Translations under genes and position numbers: made by a program | Shown here: piece after piece, positions 12,636 through 25,433 of the stretch | How positions within the stretch are numbered: the first letter of the stretch is position 1 | Layout of the letters: every line of letters starts with the position of its first letter | Notes under the pieces: model-generated | Told to the model about the DNA's origin: nothing | Seen by the model: the letters and a program-made list of their open reading frames with translations, nothing else | Database searches by the model: none | NCBI RefSeq assembly: GCF_004010195.1 | Contig: NC_057718.1 | Coordinates: 5,809,110 to 5,873,109, forward strand | Direction: 5' to 3' | Source of the DNA: Chiloscyllium plagiosum | Taxonomy: Eukaryota | Length of the DNA stretch: 64,000 nucleotides

Positions 12636-14034
12636 CTGTAAGAAGACACAAATAGTTTGTGGAGGAGATTATCAATCAAGCTATGCAAACAGTTTGCCAT
12701 GCTGGAATCTCATTTGATAATGTATATAATTAGATCTGCTCATACAAACTCTGTTCCTCATATATTAGAACAAGGCAACCCTAATTCAATAATGCTTGTG
12801 ATTCATCCATTTTGATCTCTATTAATCCAAATTACCCACAACAGGCCGTAGACATGATCTTGGTATCAGATATTATCTTTTGGCTTGAAATGTTAACTAA
12901 ATCCCCTTAACTCTCCCCTTGTATCATTTACTGTAAATTACTGAGACATCTTGAGGTCATGAAATTCCATAGGTGTTATAATCCTTTCATGGTGATCAGT
13001 CTCCTACCCGCAGAATTTGTGCAAGAAACTTAAGCGGTGCTTTGGGTGTGAACTTCTCATGCCTTCCTAGCGAGATCTCTGTCAATGCCTCACTCCGACC
13101 TTATCACTCCTTCATTTTATTGATTTGTTCACATCCAGGCCAGCAATGTTTGGTCATCTCGCATTGCCCCAAGGGCAGTTCATAGTCAATTACATCATGA
13201 GAATCTAGAGTCACATGTAGGCCAGACCAGGTAAGGATGGCAGATTTCCTTCATTAAAGAGGATTAATAAACCAGATGAGCATTTTTAGTACAAACATTG
13301 ACAATGATTGACATAGTTACCAGTAGACTCATATTTTATTCCAGATTTTTAAAAATTAAATTCTATTTTCATAACTGCCAAGTTGGGATTTAAACCTGTG
13401 TCCCAGATCACTAACAAGTGGCTCCAGATCACTTGTCCATAACATTACAACCTTGCCACCATCACCTCCTCTAGACTCTAGTATATGTTCACTTATTCTT
13501 TAGACTAATGCCTAATAACTAAGGATTTGTAAATTGTCTGATGAGGAAGTGTTGGACATGCTAGGCTTGTATCCACTGGAGTTTCACAGTGGAAACAACC
13601 TGACTGAAACATACAACATCTAGTGATGTCATGATGAGGGAAATGTAGAAAGGATGCCTGCCTCTTGTGACAGAATCTAGAACCAGGGAGTTGCTGCTTA
13701 AAGATAAGGAAATAGTGATTTAATACAGAGACAACAAGAACTTTTTCTCACCAAACTCTTTCGAACTTTCATTCGAAAAGGGAAGCAAAAACAGAATCCT
13801 TAAATATTTTTGAGGTAGTGGTAGATAGGTTCTTGATACTCAAGGAGGTGAACATCAATCTGCGGTAGGTAGGGATGTGGAAGAATCAGATCAGCTATGA
13901 CCTTATTGAAAGGCAGTGCAAGTTCAAGGGGCTTATTCCTGGACTCCTAATTCCCATGTATATTTGAATGTGTGTACTCTATCCTCTTATTCAGATGTCA
14001 TCCCATCAACCAGATTCTACCCCATTGTACATAG

Positions 14035-14240
14035 AATCATAGAATTCCCAAAGTGTGGAAGCAAGCCATTCAGCTCATTGAGACAATACTGACCTCCAAA
14101 GAGCAATCCACCCAGACGCACCCCCCTACCTGTCTCTGTAACCCTGTATTTGCCATGGCTAACCCACTTAACCTGCACATTCTGACCATTGTGGGGAATT
14201 TAGCATGGCCAATCCACCTCACCTGCACATCTTTGGACTT
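14035..14240 (-). mobile_element. HE1/V-SINE 3' portion
   Basis: gcatggccaatccacctcacctgcacatctttggact matches the V-SINE copies elsewhere in the window. Confidence 0.75.
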
Positions 14241-14341
14241 GTTCATTCTATCGATACCTTGATCGAGAAGTTGAATGGTGTACTCCTTTTCCTTTGTTTA
14301 ATCTCCCTCTTCTTAGATGTTTGGTTGATTGAACCACATAC

Positions 14342-14413
14342 CTTCCCTTCGTTGTACGTCAGGACCTCCTCTTGCAGTCAGTGTCACCCCATCTCCTCGT
14401 GGCCAGCTACCTG
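14342..14413 (-). CDS. Candidate 72-nt internal coding exon, phase 1/1: GSWPRGDGVTLTARGGPDVQRRE (RGD motif); product unidentified
   Basis: Acceptor ttcttgttctttcacag (NAGNAG, 69-nt alternative) and donor AAG|gtatgt; only the phase-1 frame is open; splices in frame to 12567-12635. Confidence 0.55.
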
Positions 14414-15199
14414 CTGTGAAAGAACAAGAACTAAGACATTTGAGATTTATATGAGAAATTAACAAAGTTACTTCACAGTGAAACTCACAGCAAGTTGCAT
14501 TCTTTTAAGGACAAAGGTGACAACAATAACATTGTCGACTCCTTCACAACAATATGAATTTGCTGATAAATCGTGCAAAGATTTAAATGCCATTATCTTG
14601 AGGATCCTTGCCATGAAAACTCAGGTTAAGATGCAATGCTTGTTCAGATAAGCAAACCGCAATCTGACAAAAGGAATGGCAGGTCTCAAGTCTTATTGTC
14701 TTCGTGAATGCAGTAAACATAATTGACCATGACTGTTAAACAGTCCTCGCTTCTCAAGAATAAATTCAAAACGCATTGTTCAGAAACTGAATGGGCAACC
14801 TAGTTACAATCAGAAAATCTCTCATCTAATGTGGGAAAAGGATGAGGGATAGTATAATATTATCCAAATGACCATCTTCCATACCAACTTTTAATTATAC
14901 AGTACCAAAACGTTTCATTATAAATATCTCACCATAACGTATCAACACTGAGATTTGTTAAGGGGACTCTTTGGTCTCATCACCTTCACTTCAGATTCGG
15001 CCTGAAGCCCAACGGGGTTTTAGGTAAGATTACCTTTATTTCTTTATGGATATTATTTGCTTTATTTTAGAGTTTACCAGTAGAAGTTGAAGTTTGGATT
15101 CCCTTATAGAAGTAAGAACTAGTTTTCTTTTCAGGATATTATTTAGCTTTGCAAATTATAGAAGTGGAAAAGGTAAAATTATTATGTCCCATTCATAAC

Positions 15200-18100
15200 C
15201 GCAGCAGTATGTGATGGATGGCAGTTATAGGAAGGGGGAAACGTCTCAGATACAGTCACATAGATGGGTTAACTGCAGGAAAGATAAGAGAGATAGGCAG
15301 CTAGTGCAGGAGCCTTTTGTGGATATACCCATTTCAAACAGGTATGCTCTTTTGGAAAATGTAGGGGGTGATGGATTCTCAGGGGAATGTAGCATGAACA
15401 GCCAAGTTTCTGGTATTGAGACTAGCTCTAATGCAACGAGGAGTACGTAGGGTTCCAAGAGATCAATTGTGTTAGGGGATTGTCTAGTCCGAGGTACAGA
15501 CAGACGTTCTGTGGCCAGCAGTGAAAAGCAGAATGGTGTGTTGCTTTCCTGGTGCCAGGATCAAGGATGTCTCAGAGAGGGTGCAGAATGTCATCACGGG
15601 GGAGACGGGCCAGCAAGAGGTCATTGTCCACATTGGAACCAATGACATAGAAAGGGAAAAGGTTGAGATTCTGAAGGGAGATTACAGAGAGTTAGGCAGA
15701 AATTTTAAAAAGAGGTCCTTGAGAGTAGTAATATCTGGATTACTCCCGGTGCTACGAGCTAGTGAGGGCAGGAATAGGAGGATAGAGCAGATGAATGTAT
15801 GGCTGAGGAGCTGATGTATGGGAGAAGGATTCACATTTTTGGATCTTTGGAATCTCTTTTGGGGTAGAAGTGACTTGTACAAGAAAGACGGACTGCACCT
15901 CAATTGGAAGCGGACTAATATACTGGCAGGGAAATTTGCTAGAGCTGCTCGGGAGGATTTAAATTAGTAAGGTGAGGGGTGGGACCTAGGGAGATAACGA
16001 GGAAAGAGATCAATCTGAGACTTGTACAGTTGAGAACAGACGCGAGTCAAACAGTCAGGACAGACAGGGACAAGGTCGGACTAATAAATTAAACCACATT
16101 TATTTTAATGCAAGGGGCCTAACAGGGAAGGCAGATGAACTCAGGGCATGGTTAGGAACTTGGGACTAGGATATCATAGCAATTACAGAAACATGGCTCA
16201 GGAATGGGCAGGACTGGCAGCTTAATGTTCCAGGATACAAATGCTACAGGAAGGATAGAAAGGGAGGCAAGAGAGGAGGGGGAGTAGCATTTTTGGTAAG
16301 GGATAGCATTACAGCTGTGCTGAGGGAGGATATTTCTGGAAGTATATCCAGGGAAATTATTTGGGTGGAACTGAGAAATAGGAAAGGGATGATAACCTTA
16401 TTGGGATTGTATTATAGATCCCCTAATAGTCAGAAGGAAATTGAGAAACAAACTTGTAAGGAAACCTCAGCTATCTGCAAGAATAATAGGATGATTATGG
16501 TAGAGGATTTTAACTTTCCAAACATAGACTGGGATTGCCATAGTGTTAAGGGTTTAGATGGTGAGGAATTTGTTAAGTGCGTACAAGAATTTTTTTCTGA
16601 TTCAGTATGTGGATGTACCTACTAGAGAAGGTGCAAAACTTGACCTACTGTTGGGAAATAAGGCAGGGCATGTGACTGAGGTGTCAGTGGGGGAGCACTT
16701 GGGGGCCAGCAACCATAATTCTATTAGATTTAAAATAGCGATGGAAAAGGATAGACCAGATCTAAAAGTTGAAGTTCTAAATTGGAAAAATGCCAATTTT
16801 GATGGTATCAGGCTAGAACTTTCAAAAGTTGATTGTGGGCAAATGTTCTCAGGTAAAGGGACGGCTGAAAAATGGGAAGCCTTCAGAAATGAGATAGCGA
16901 GAATCCAGAGAAAGTATGTTCCTGTAAGGGTGAGAGGAAAGGCTGTAGGTATAGCGAATGCTGGATGACTAAAGAAATTGACTGTTTTGTTAAGAAAAAG
17001 AAGAAAGCATATGTCAGGTATAAACAGGACAGATCGAGTGAATCTTTAGAAGAGTATAAAGGCAGTAGGAGTATACTTAAGAGGGAAATCAGGAGGGCAA
17101 AAAGGGGACATGAGATAGCTTTGGCAGATAGAATTAAGGAGAATCTAAAGGGTTTTTACAAATACATGAAGGACAAAAGGGTAACGAGGGAGAGAATAGA
17201 ACCCCTCAAAGATCAGCAAGGCGGCCTTTGTGTGGAGCCACAGAAAATGAGGGAGATACTAAATAAGCATTTTGCATCAGTATTTACTGTGGAAAAGGAT
17301 ATGGAAGATATACTGCAGGGAAACAGATGGTAACACCTTGCAAAATGCCCACATTACAGAGGAGGAAGTGCTGGATGTCTTGAAAAGGGTAAAGGTGGAT
17401 AAATCCCCAGGACCTGATCAGGTGTACCCGAGAACTCTGTGGGAAGTTAGAAAAGTGATTGCTGGGCCTCTTGCTGAGATATTTGTATTATCAATAGTCA
17501 CAAGTGAGGTGCTGGAAGATTGGAGGTTGACTAACGTGTTGCCACTGTTTAAGAAGGGTGGTAAGGACAAGCCAAGGAACTTTAGACCAGTGAGCCTGAT
17601 GTCAGTGGTGGGCAAGATGTTGGAGGGAATTCTGGGGGACAGGATGTACATATATTTGGAAAGGCAAGGGTTGATTAGGGATAGTCAACATGGCTTTGTG
17701 CATGGGAAATCATGTCTCACAAACTTGATTGAGTTTTTTGAGGAAGTAACAAAGAGGATTGATGAGGGCAGAGTGGTGGATGTGATCTATATGGATTTCA
17801 GTAAGGCGTTCGACAAGGTTCCTCATAGNNNNNNNNNNNNNNNNNNNNNNNNNNNNNNNNNNNNNNNNNNNNNNNNNNNNNNNNNNNNNNNNNNNNNNNN
17901 NNNNNNNNNNNNNNNNNNNNNNNNNNNNNNNNNNNNNNNNNNNNNNNNNNNNNNNNNNNNNNNNNNNNNNNNNNNNNNNNNNNNNNNNNNNNNNNNNNNN
18001 NNNNNNNNNNNNNNNNNNNNNNNNNNNNNNNNNNNNNNNNNNNNNNNNNNNNNNNNNNNNNNNNNNNNNNNNNNNNNNNNNNNNNNNNNNNNNNNNNNNN

Positions 18101-18742
18101 NNNNNNNNNNNNNNNNNNNNNNNNNNNNNNNNNNNNNNNNNNNNNNNNNNNNNNNNNNNNNNNNNNNNNNNNNNNNNNNNNNNNNNNNNNNNNNNNNNNN
18201 NNNNNNNNNNNNNNNNNNNNNNNNNNNNNNNNNNNNNNNNNNNNNNNNNNNNNNNNNNNNNNNNNNNNNNNNNNNNNNNNNNNNNNNNNNNNNNNNNNNN
18301 NNNNNNNNNNNNNNNNNNNNNNNNNNNNNNNNNNNNNNNNNNNNNNNNNNNNNNNNNNNNNNGGGGTGACCTTATAGAGGTTTACAAAATTATGAGGGGC
18401 ATGGATAGGATAAATAGACAAAGTCTTTTCCCTGGGGTCAGGGAGTCCAGAACTAGAAGGCATAGGTTTAGGGTGAGAGGGAAAAGATATAAAAGAGACC
18501 TAAGGGGCAACTTATTCACACAAAGGGTGATACGTGTACAGGATGAGCTGCCAGAATAAGTGGTGGAGGCTGGTACAATTGCAACATTAAAGAGGCATTT
18601 GGATGGGTATATGAATTGGAAGAGTTTGGAGGGATATGGTCTGGGTGCTGACAGGTGGGACTAGATTGGGTTTGGATATCTGGTCGGCATGGACTGATGC
18701 GTCTGTTTCCATGCTGTATATCTCTATGACTGTATGACTCTA
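15200..18742 (+). mobile_element. CR1 LINE, near full length, same family as 1746-5870 but opposite orientation, gap inside
   Basis: ORF1 CCFPGARIKDV...HIGTND; APE EDFNFPNIDW; RT FRPVSLMS, SQHGF, DFSKAFDKVPH; tail ctatgactgtatgactcta. Confidence 0.95.
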
Positions 18743-18939
18743 TTAGGAAGGACAGGCGACTGATGATGGCCTAACCTGAAGGTCACATTGGCTGTCCAGT
18801 TACCCTTCACCATGATCATAGTGGCACAGCCAACACTTCATTGTACACACAACTAAATATTTACATACCAAGTACTGTTTACATGCCAAGCTTACCTATC
18901 CTCAGCCACACCCCACCGTACAACCCTCCCTAATGGAGT

Positions 18940-19045
18940 AAAAATCACACAACACCAGGTTATAGTCCAACAGGTTTATTTGGAAGCACTAGCTTTTGGA
19001 GCACTGCTCCTTCATCAGGTGGTTGTGGGCATCTCTAAATCATGA
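18940..19045 (-). mobile_element. PLE family-B terminal repeat fragment with decayed hammerhead
   Basis: aaaatcacacaacaccaggttatagtcc...ctccttcatcaggtggttgtgg. Confidence 0.7.
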
Positions 19046-19283
19046 CTCCCGAAAGGAGTGCGACTCCCTCCCCAGTGCCGAGTATAAACAGCATCTTATC
19101 ATTGTTCAATGTGAATCCATCACGTACAGGACAGCCTTCAAATACTTCATGGAATTCATTTTTATTCAACAATGAAAGCTAACAGAAAACAAACATATTT
19201 GACTCATGGAACGGAATCAAACAGCTTGCCTTTTCAGAAACAGATTTTACAGTTAACGAGTGATCAGTGCACACAGCGTTCGT

Positions 19284-19740
19284 TTACTGGAACAGTGTGT
19301 CAATTAAGTCCTGCCTGGCTGGGTTTCCCAAATGCTTCTGTCCTCTAGAAGGTGATGTTCCTCCAGTTGACTGTCCTCATCTTCCTCCTTGGAAGACTGC
19401 TCCCTATTCTCTCAGATTATCAGCTAGATCATCATCATATTCCCTGTTTGCTCGCTCAATATGTGCTGAGCAGAGCATGCTACGATTATGTGGTACACTT
19501 CGTCTGGTCTGTCCAGACTGAAACAAGCAGTGGAACCTCATCTGCAGGAGGCCTATGGTGATCACCCACTCTTCCACATCGTAGGTCTCACTCCAAAGGT
19601 CAGATAACTGCCCATTGTTCATTTGGAGGAAATGGAATCAAGGATGAAAGACTCTAGCCCTCCTTTATTTCCTGCATAACCTGGAAAAACACGCAGCTCA
19701 CAGAGGTTAGTAAATGCACGCCTGTATTCTCTTAATGCTG
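19284..19740 (-). mobile_element. PIF/Harbinger (HARBI1-like, DDE_Tnp_4) transposase fossil, frameshifted and internally deleted
   Basis: Collinear peptides across frames: FTNLCE..FPG....ESFIL, TIGLLQMRFHCL.QSG, PDEVYHIIVACSAQH, an acidic stretch and ARQDLIDTLFQ*, resembling Harbinger motifs FPGSxHDSFIL, TIGLLKxRFRCL, IIxACCxLHN and the C-terminal RxxLIxxxF. Confidence 0.7.
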
Positions 19741-19819
19741 ACACACTTTCCTCTGGAAAACAGGTGTGACTCAGCAATGTGTGCAGTCTTTGACGGAAAA
19801 CTGGCCTATCAAGCTGCAT

Positions 19820-20605
19820 AGAGTCATAGAGTCATAGGCATCTATAGCACGAAAGCAGACCCTTCGGTCTAACTCGTCCATGCCTACCAGATATACCAAC
19901 CTAATCTAGTCCCATTTGCCATCACTTGGCCCATATCCCTCTAAACCCTTCCTAATCATATACCTATCCAGATGCCTTTTAACTGCTGCAATTATTCCAG
20001 CCTCCACATCCTCCTCTGGCAGCTCTTTCCATACACACACCACCCTCTGCATGAAAATGTTGCCCCTTAGGTCTGTTTTAAATCTTTCTTCTCTCACCCT
20101 AAACCTATGCCCTCTCGTTCTGGACTCCCCGACCACAGGGAAAAGACTTTGCCTATTTACCCTATCTGTGCCCCTCATAATTTTGTAAACCTCTATAAGG
20201 TCATCCCTCAGCCTTCGACCTTCCAGGGAAAACAGCCCCACCCTATTCAGGCTCTCCCTATAGCTCAAACCCTCTAACCCTGGCAGCATCCTTGTAAATC
20301 TTTTCTGAACCCTTTCAAGTTTCACAACATCTTTCCAATAGGAAGGAGACCAGAATTGCAAGCAATATTCCAAAAGTGGCCTAACCAATGTCCTGTACAG
20401 CCACAACTTGACCTCCCAACTCCTGTACTCAATGCTTTGACCAATTATGGAAAGCATACCAAACGCCTTCTTCACTATCCTATCTACCTGCGACTCTACT
20501 TTCAAGTAGCTATGAACCTGCACTTGAATGTCTCTTTGTTCAGCAACACTCCCTAGGATCTTACCATTAAGTATATAAGTCCTGCTAAGGTTTGCTTTCC
20601 CAAAA
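19820..20605 (-). mobile_element. CR1 3' fragment
   Basis: 205-aa ORF LYRTLVRPLLEYC...LERVQKRFTRM...; tail catagagtcatagagtcatag. Confidence 0.95.
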
Positions 20606-20609
20606 TCAA

Positions 20610-21085
20610 AGGTTGATCTCAGATATGGAGGAGAAGGGAGAAGGGAAATAGATTGTACGAGTACTGTTTAGAATTTAGAAGAATGAGAGACAACTTTATT
20701 GAAACATAAGTTTCTTGTGGGTGGGCAGGATGGGTCAATGCGAATAGGTTGTTTCCCCTTGTGGGAGAATCTTGAGAAAGAGGGCGTGATCTTCAAGCAA
20801 AGAGTAGTTCTTTAAAATGGAGGTGAGGAAGAATTTTTCACTCGAAGAATCGTGAGTCTGTGGCATTCTTAACCATAAACAGTGACTGAGACTGGGTCAT
20901 TAAGTATATTTAAGGCTGGGATGGACAGATACTTGATCCATAAGGGATCCATAAGGGAATCAAATGTTATGGGAAAAGGGAAGAAAGTGAAGTTGAGGAT
21001 AACCAAATCTGTACAATCTACTTGAGTAGCAGAGCAGACTCGATGGGCTGAATGACACACTTTTGCTCCCAAGTCCTATAGTCTT
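20610..21085 (+). mobile_element. Degenerate CR1 3' end
   Basis: gaatttagaagaatgagag...gaggaagaatttt...gggctgaatg. Confidence 0.7.
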
Positions 21086-21230
21086 AGAAAATTAGGCGAG
21101 ACAATTTACATTTGAAGTAAATATATAGATTTAATGAAAAGCGTGTAAGTTTGGCGGTTAGCTCAGTTGGCTGGATGCCCGGTTTGATATAGCAATGATG
21201 TCAAACATATTGGTTCGATTCCCACAATTG

Positions 21231-21450
21231 CAGCACAGTGGCACAGTGGTTAGCATTGCTGCCTCACAAATTCAGGAACCTGGGTTTGTTTCCAGATTCA
21301 AGCAGCTCTCTGTATGGAGTTTACACATTCTACATGTGTCTGTGTGGGTTTCCTCCAGGTGGTCTGGTTTCCTCCCACAGTCCAAAGATGTGCAGGTTAG
21401 GTGGATTGGCTGTGCTAAAACTGCCCATTGTGTCCAGAGATGTTCTGGCA
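21231..21450 (+). mobile_element. HE1/V-SINE, 3' truncated
   Basis: tRNA-like head gtggcacagtggttagc plus V-domain tgtgtgggtttcctcc...ggtttcctcccacagtccaaagatgtgcagg. Confidence 0.85.
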
Positions 21451-21884
21451 CCATGGATCCCAGAATATGCTGGCAGTGGTGGGAACATATGCCTACAGTT
21501 AGTGGAAAACAGGACGAACAGGCACCTTTGGAAGTGAGTTTGGGGCAGTTGTGTGAGAAATTTCATTCTGTCTCACAGAGAGAAACTCTCCATGAAATCT
21601 GCCAAAAATGACAGTGAGCAGGTTTCCAGTAAGACTCGACCCTATGTGATCAGTATGGTATATCAATATGGAAAAGAAAATGTATCTGTGATTCACTGAA
21701 AACTTTTATTTATGCAACTCTTTCAAGATACCTTTCATAGGCAATGGAGCATTTTTTAAATCTATGCTTTATTAAACACAGCAATATTCTGACAACAAGG
21801 TCTCAAAATAGCAATGTGATAACGACCAAACAATCTGCCTTTCAGGGTCTGATATTAGATCAATATCTGCCCTACTATTCAAAC

Positions 21885-22015
21885 AGGAGAAAGTGAGGTC
21901 TGCAGATGCTGGAGATCAGAGATGGAAATGTGTTGCTGGAAAAGCGCAGCAGGTCAGGCAGCATCCAGGGAACAGGAGAATCGATGTTTCGGGCATTAGC
22001 CCTTCTTCAGGAATG
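21885..22015 (-). mobile_element. PLE family-A terminal repeat with hammerhead motif (21979-22014)
   Basis: Minus strand ATTC-CTGAAGA-A-GGGC-TAAT-GCCC-GAAA-C-ATC^GATT. Confidence 0.7.
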
Positions 22016-22441
22016 AATAAAACACTTTTGTTTTATTCATTCACATGATGTGGGTGTCACTGGCGAGGCCAGCATTCCTAATTGTCCAGAGGGCAGTTAA
22101 GAGTCAATCACATAGCTGTAGGAGTGGAGTCACATGTAAGCCAGATGCGATAAGGATGACAGATTTTCCTCCCTGAAGGATATAAGTGAAGCAGATAGGT
22201 TTTTGCATCAATTGACAATGATCAATTCAACCCTTAATTCCAGATTTTTATTCAATTCAAATTCCACCATAGTAGGATTTGAAACCAGGTCCCTAGAATA
22301 TTAACCTATAGACTAATAGTTGAGCAATATTATTGCTAGGCCATCACCTCATCCTTATTTACTACTTGTTTCATTGTTAGTTGTTGGAGCTTGCTATGCA
22401 CAAATTAATTGCTGAAATTGTCTAATTTGCAATAGGGCTTA

Positions 22442-23225
22442 GAACATAGAACATAGAACATAGAAGAATACAGCGCAGTACAGGCCCTTCGGTCCTCGAT
22501 GTTGCGCCGATCCAAGCCCACCTAACCTACACTAGCCCACTATCCTCCATATGCCTATCCAATGCCCTCTTAAATGCCCATAATGAGGGAGAGTCCACCA
22601 CTGCTACTGGCAGGGCATTCCATGAACTCACGACTCGCTGAGTAAAGAACCTACCCCTAACATCTGTCCTATACCTACCCCCCCTTAATNNNNNNNNNNN
22701 NNNNNNNNNNNNNNNNNNNNNNNNNNNNNNNNNNNNNNNNNNNNNNNTCCAGATGTGGCTGCACCAGAGTCTTATACAACTGCAACATGACCTCAGTACT
22801 CCGGCACTCAATTCCTCTACCAATAAAAGCCAGTACGCCATATGCCTTCTTCACCGCACTATTTACTTGGGTGGCAACTTTCAGAGATCTGTGTACATGG
22901 ACACCAAGATCCCTCTGCTCATCCACACTACCAAGTATCCGACTGTTAGCCCAGTACCCCATCTTTTTATTACTCTTACCAAAGTGAATCACCTCACGCT
23001 TAGCTACATTGAACTCCATTTGCCACCTTTCTGCCCAGTTCTGCAGTCCCGCTGTAACCTGCCACATCCTTCCTCACTGTCTACAACTCCTCCGACTTTC
23101 GTATCATCCGCAAACTTGCTCACCCAACCTTCTAACCCCTCCTCCAGGTCATTTATAAAAATGACAAACAGCAATGGTCCCAAAACAGATCCTTGCGGAA
23201 CACCGCTAGTGACGGCACTCCAACT
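22442..23225 (-). mobile_element. CR1 3' fragment, (agaacat)n-tailed family
   Basis: [39 protein letters not shown]. Confidence 0.9.
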
Positions 23226-24894
23226 CTTTAAAAAGTAAGATATTGGCCACAAAGTACTTGTGGATGTTTTGAGGTGGCAATGTTGCTATGCAAATGCCAG
23301 TCTTTCATGATAAACGTGCTCACACATCACTGAAATGGTAGTGTTTAGATCAGAATGGTGCTGGAAAACCACAGCAGGTCAGGCAGCTTCTGAGGAGCAG
23401 GACAGGGCAATGTCACATAAAATGGTTAGAGTACTCATCTCCATCATTGTCAGCCCAAATATACCCCACATCATGTCTCTTAACTCCTATTGTTAGTCAG
23501 TTCAGAAGGACCATGCAGATCTCCAATGGTGAAGACATGTTCAACGTGACCACTGACTCTCAGTTGAATATGAAGTCTGTGATTTGCGGAATCTGAAATT
23601 ACATTTAAGAAAGGTCAGAAAGGTTTGATATTTACCTCAAAACTATATAATTACATGAATTTCAAGTGTTATTTCAAAAGAATTGTGCAATTGTGTAAAC
23701 GGTGACTGTGCACTGCTTATTGTACATTGTTGATTTAAAGTACTGACTCATTCATTGGACCTGCTTTGAGTTTTATTACAATCTCCTCAAAGTTTCTTTT
23801 TAAAGCGCAAGGAAGATGGCAACCTCAGTTCTGTGATGAGAGCGACAGAACGTTCAACCAAAGAGATAGTGGTAAAGTGGAAAGGTAATATGATTTGGAC
23901 TCATAATCTGAAAATCTAAACTGATACAGCTAACAGCATTTGAGCTGAAATCACAATGAGTGTTTTGAAAATTTGAAAAAAATTGGAAATACAAATAACT
24001 GGCATCAATAAGCTCACCATGATGCTGTCAGCTTGTTCTAAAACAAATGCCTCAGTAGATCTTTCAGGTGTTGCCTTTCCCCAGTTTATTGATTCCAGTC
24101 TCAAACTGATACAGCTGACTGGAGTGTTGGGAATAAATTACATTTCAGTTTTGCTATGAACATAATAAAAGCCCAAAGGTGTTTCACAGGAAAACTGTCA
24201 AATACTGAATCACACCGGGAATAATAGGATACATGACAAGAAATTGGTCAGAAGGTAGATTTTAATGAGCAATTGAAACAAAGGTTTATTCAAGGCTGAG
24301 TGGACAGTCTCTTGATTGCCAAGGAAGATCGAGGCATGTAGGGGTGGGAAAGAAAGTGGAGTTGTGCTACAATCAGATCAACTGTGATCTTATTGAAAGT
24401 ACGGCATGCTGAGTGGGCTAGGTAGAACATAACATGTAGGAACAGTAATGGATAATGTGACCCATCAAGTCTGCTCCACTAATGAATGATATCATGGCTA
24501 ATTTGATAATCCTCAACTCCATTTTCCTCCCTTACCAATTAAAAATCTGCCTATCACAGCTTTGAATTTACTTAATCAGCCTCACCACTCTCTGTGGTAA
24601 AGAATTCAACAGATTTGTTACCCTCTGAGAGAAAAGATTTCTCCTAATCTATGTCTTTAATGGTTACTCCTTACTCTGAGATTATGCCGGCTGGTCCTAG
24701 GGTCTCCCACTAGGAGAATCAATGTCTCCATATCTACCCCATCAAGCTCCTTAAGATTCTTCTGCTTTTCAATAAGGTCTCCTCTCTTCTAAACTCCGAG
24801 TGTAGGCCCAAATTGTTCAGCTTTTCTTTGTAGTTAAGGGGCCCAAAGTATTCATAGTCTTCCATCTCTAGTCTGACACAGGTGTTATTTAGGT

Positions 24895-25103
24895 TTAAGA
24901 GTGTGGTGCTGGAAAAACTCAGCAGGTCGGGCAGCATTTGAGGAGCAGAAGAATCGACATTTCAGGCAAGAGCCCATCATCAGGATGAATCACTGATGAG
25001 GGGCTCTTGCCCAAAACGTCGACTCTCCTGCTCCTCAGATGCTGCCTGACCTGCACCACACTCTCGTCTCTGATCTCCAGCATCTGCAGTCCTCACTTTC
25101 TCC
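24895..25103. mobile_element. PLE family-A fold-back (two inverted terminal repeats) within an old CR1
   Basis: 24899-24985 is the approximate reverse complement of 24993-25063; a decayed hammerhead core on each arm. Confidence 0.8.
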
Positions 25104-25433
25104 CTGTTACTTAGGTTGAGCAAAACCCATTGGTAATACTCCATCCCATTTGAAATAAAGGTCAGATGTCCATTTGCCTTCCCTATTACCCACTCTTGAT
25201 CCACTTTCTTATGAGCTGTGAAAGAGGGGTAGAAAAGCAATGATATTTTGGGGAGGAGCTCCTGAACTTGGAGCTCATGGAGCTAAAAGCACGTTCATGG
25301 AAAGACTTGAGAACAATGACAGAAAAGTGAAAATTTCTGCATCTGGAGTCAATGCAGCAAGCTCAGCGGTGATGAGTGAATGAGACCTGGATCAAAGTTA
25401 AAATACAGGCAGCAGAGTTTTTGATGTGTTCAA

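Noticed and set aside
14342..14413. Assigning the RGD exon to MFAP5, SPP1 or fibrinogen
   Set aside because: Only a few residues resemble them (e.g. RGDGVT versus RGDDVT); no diagnostic domain exon was found, and SCPP genes use phase-0 introns
21150..21300. tRNA-like A/B-box sequences (also near 33193 and 48320)
   Set aside because: SINE heads; no complete cloverleaf
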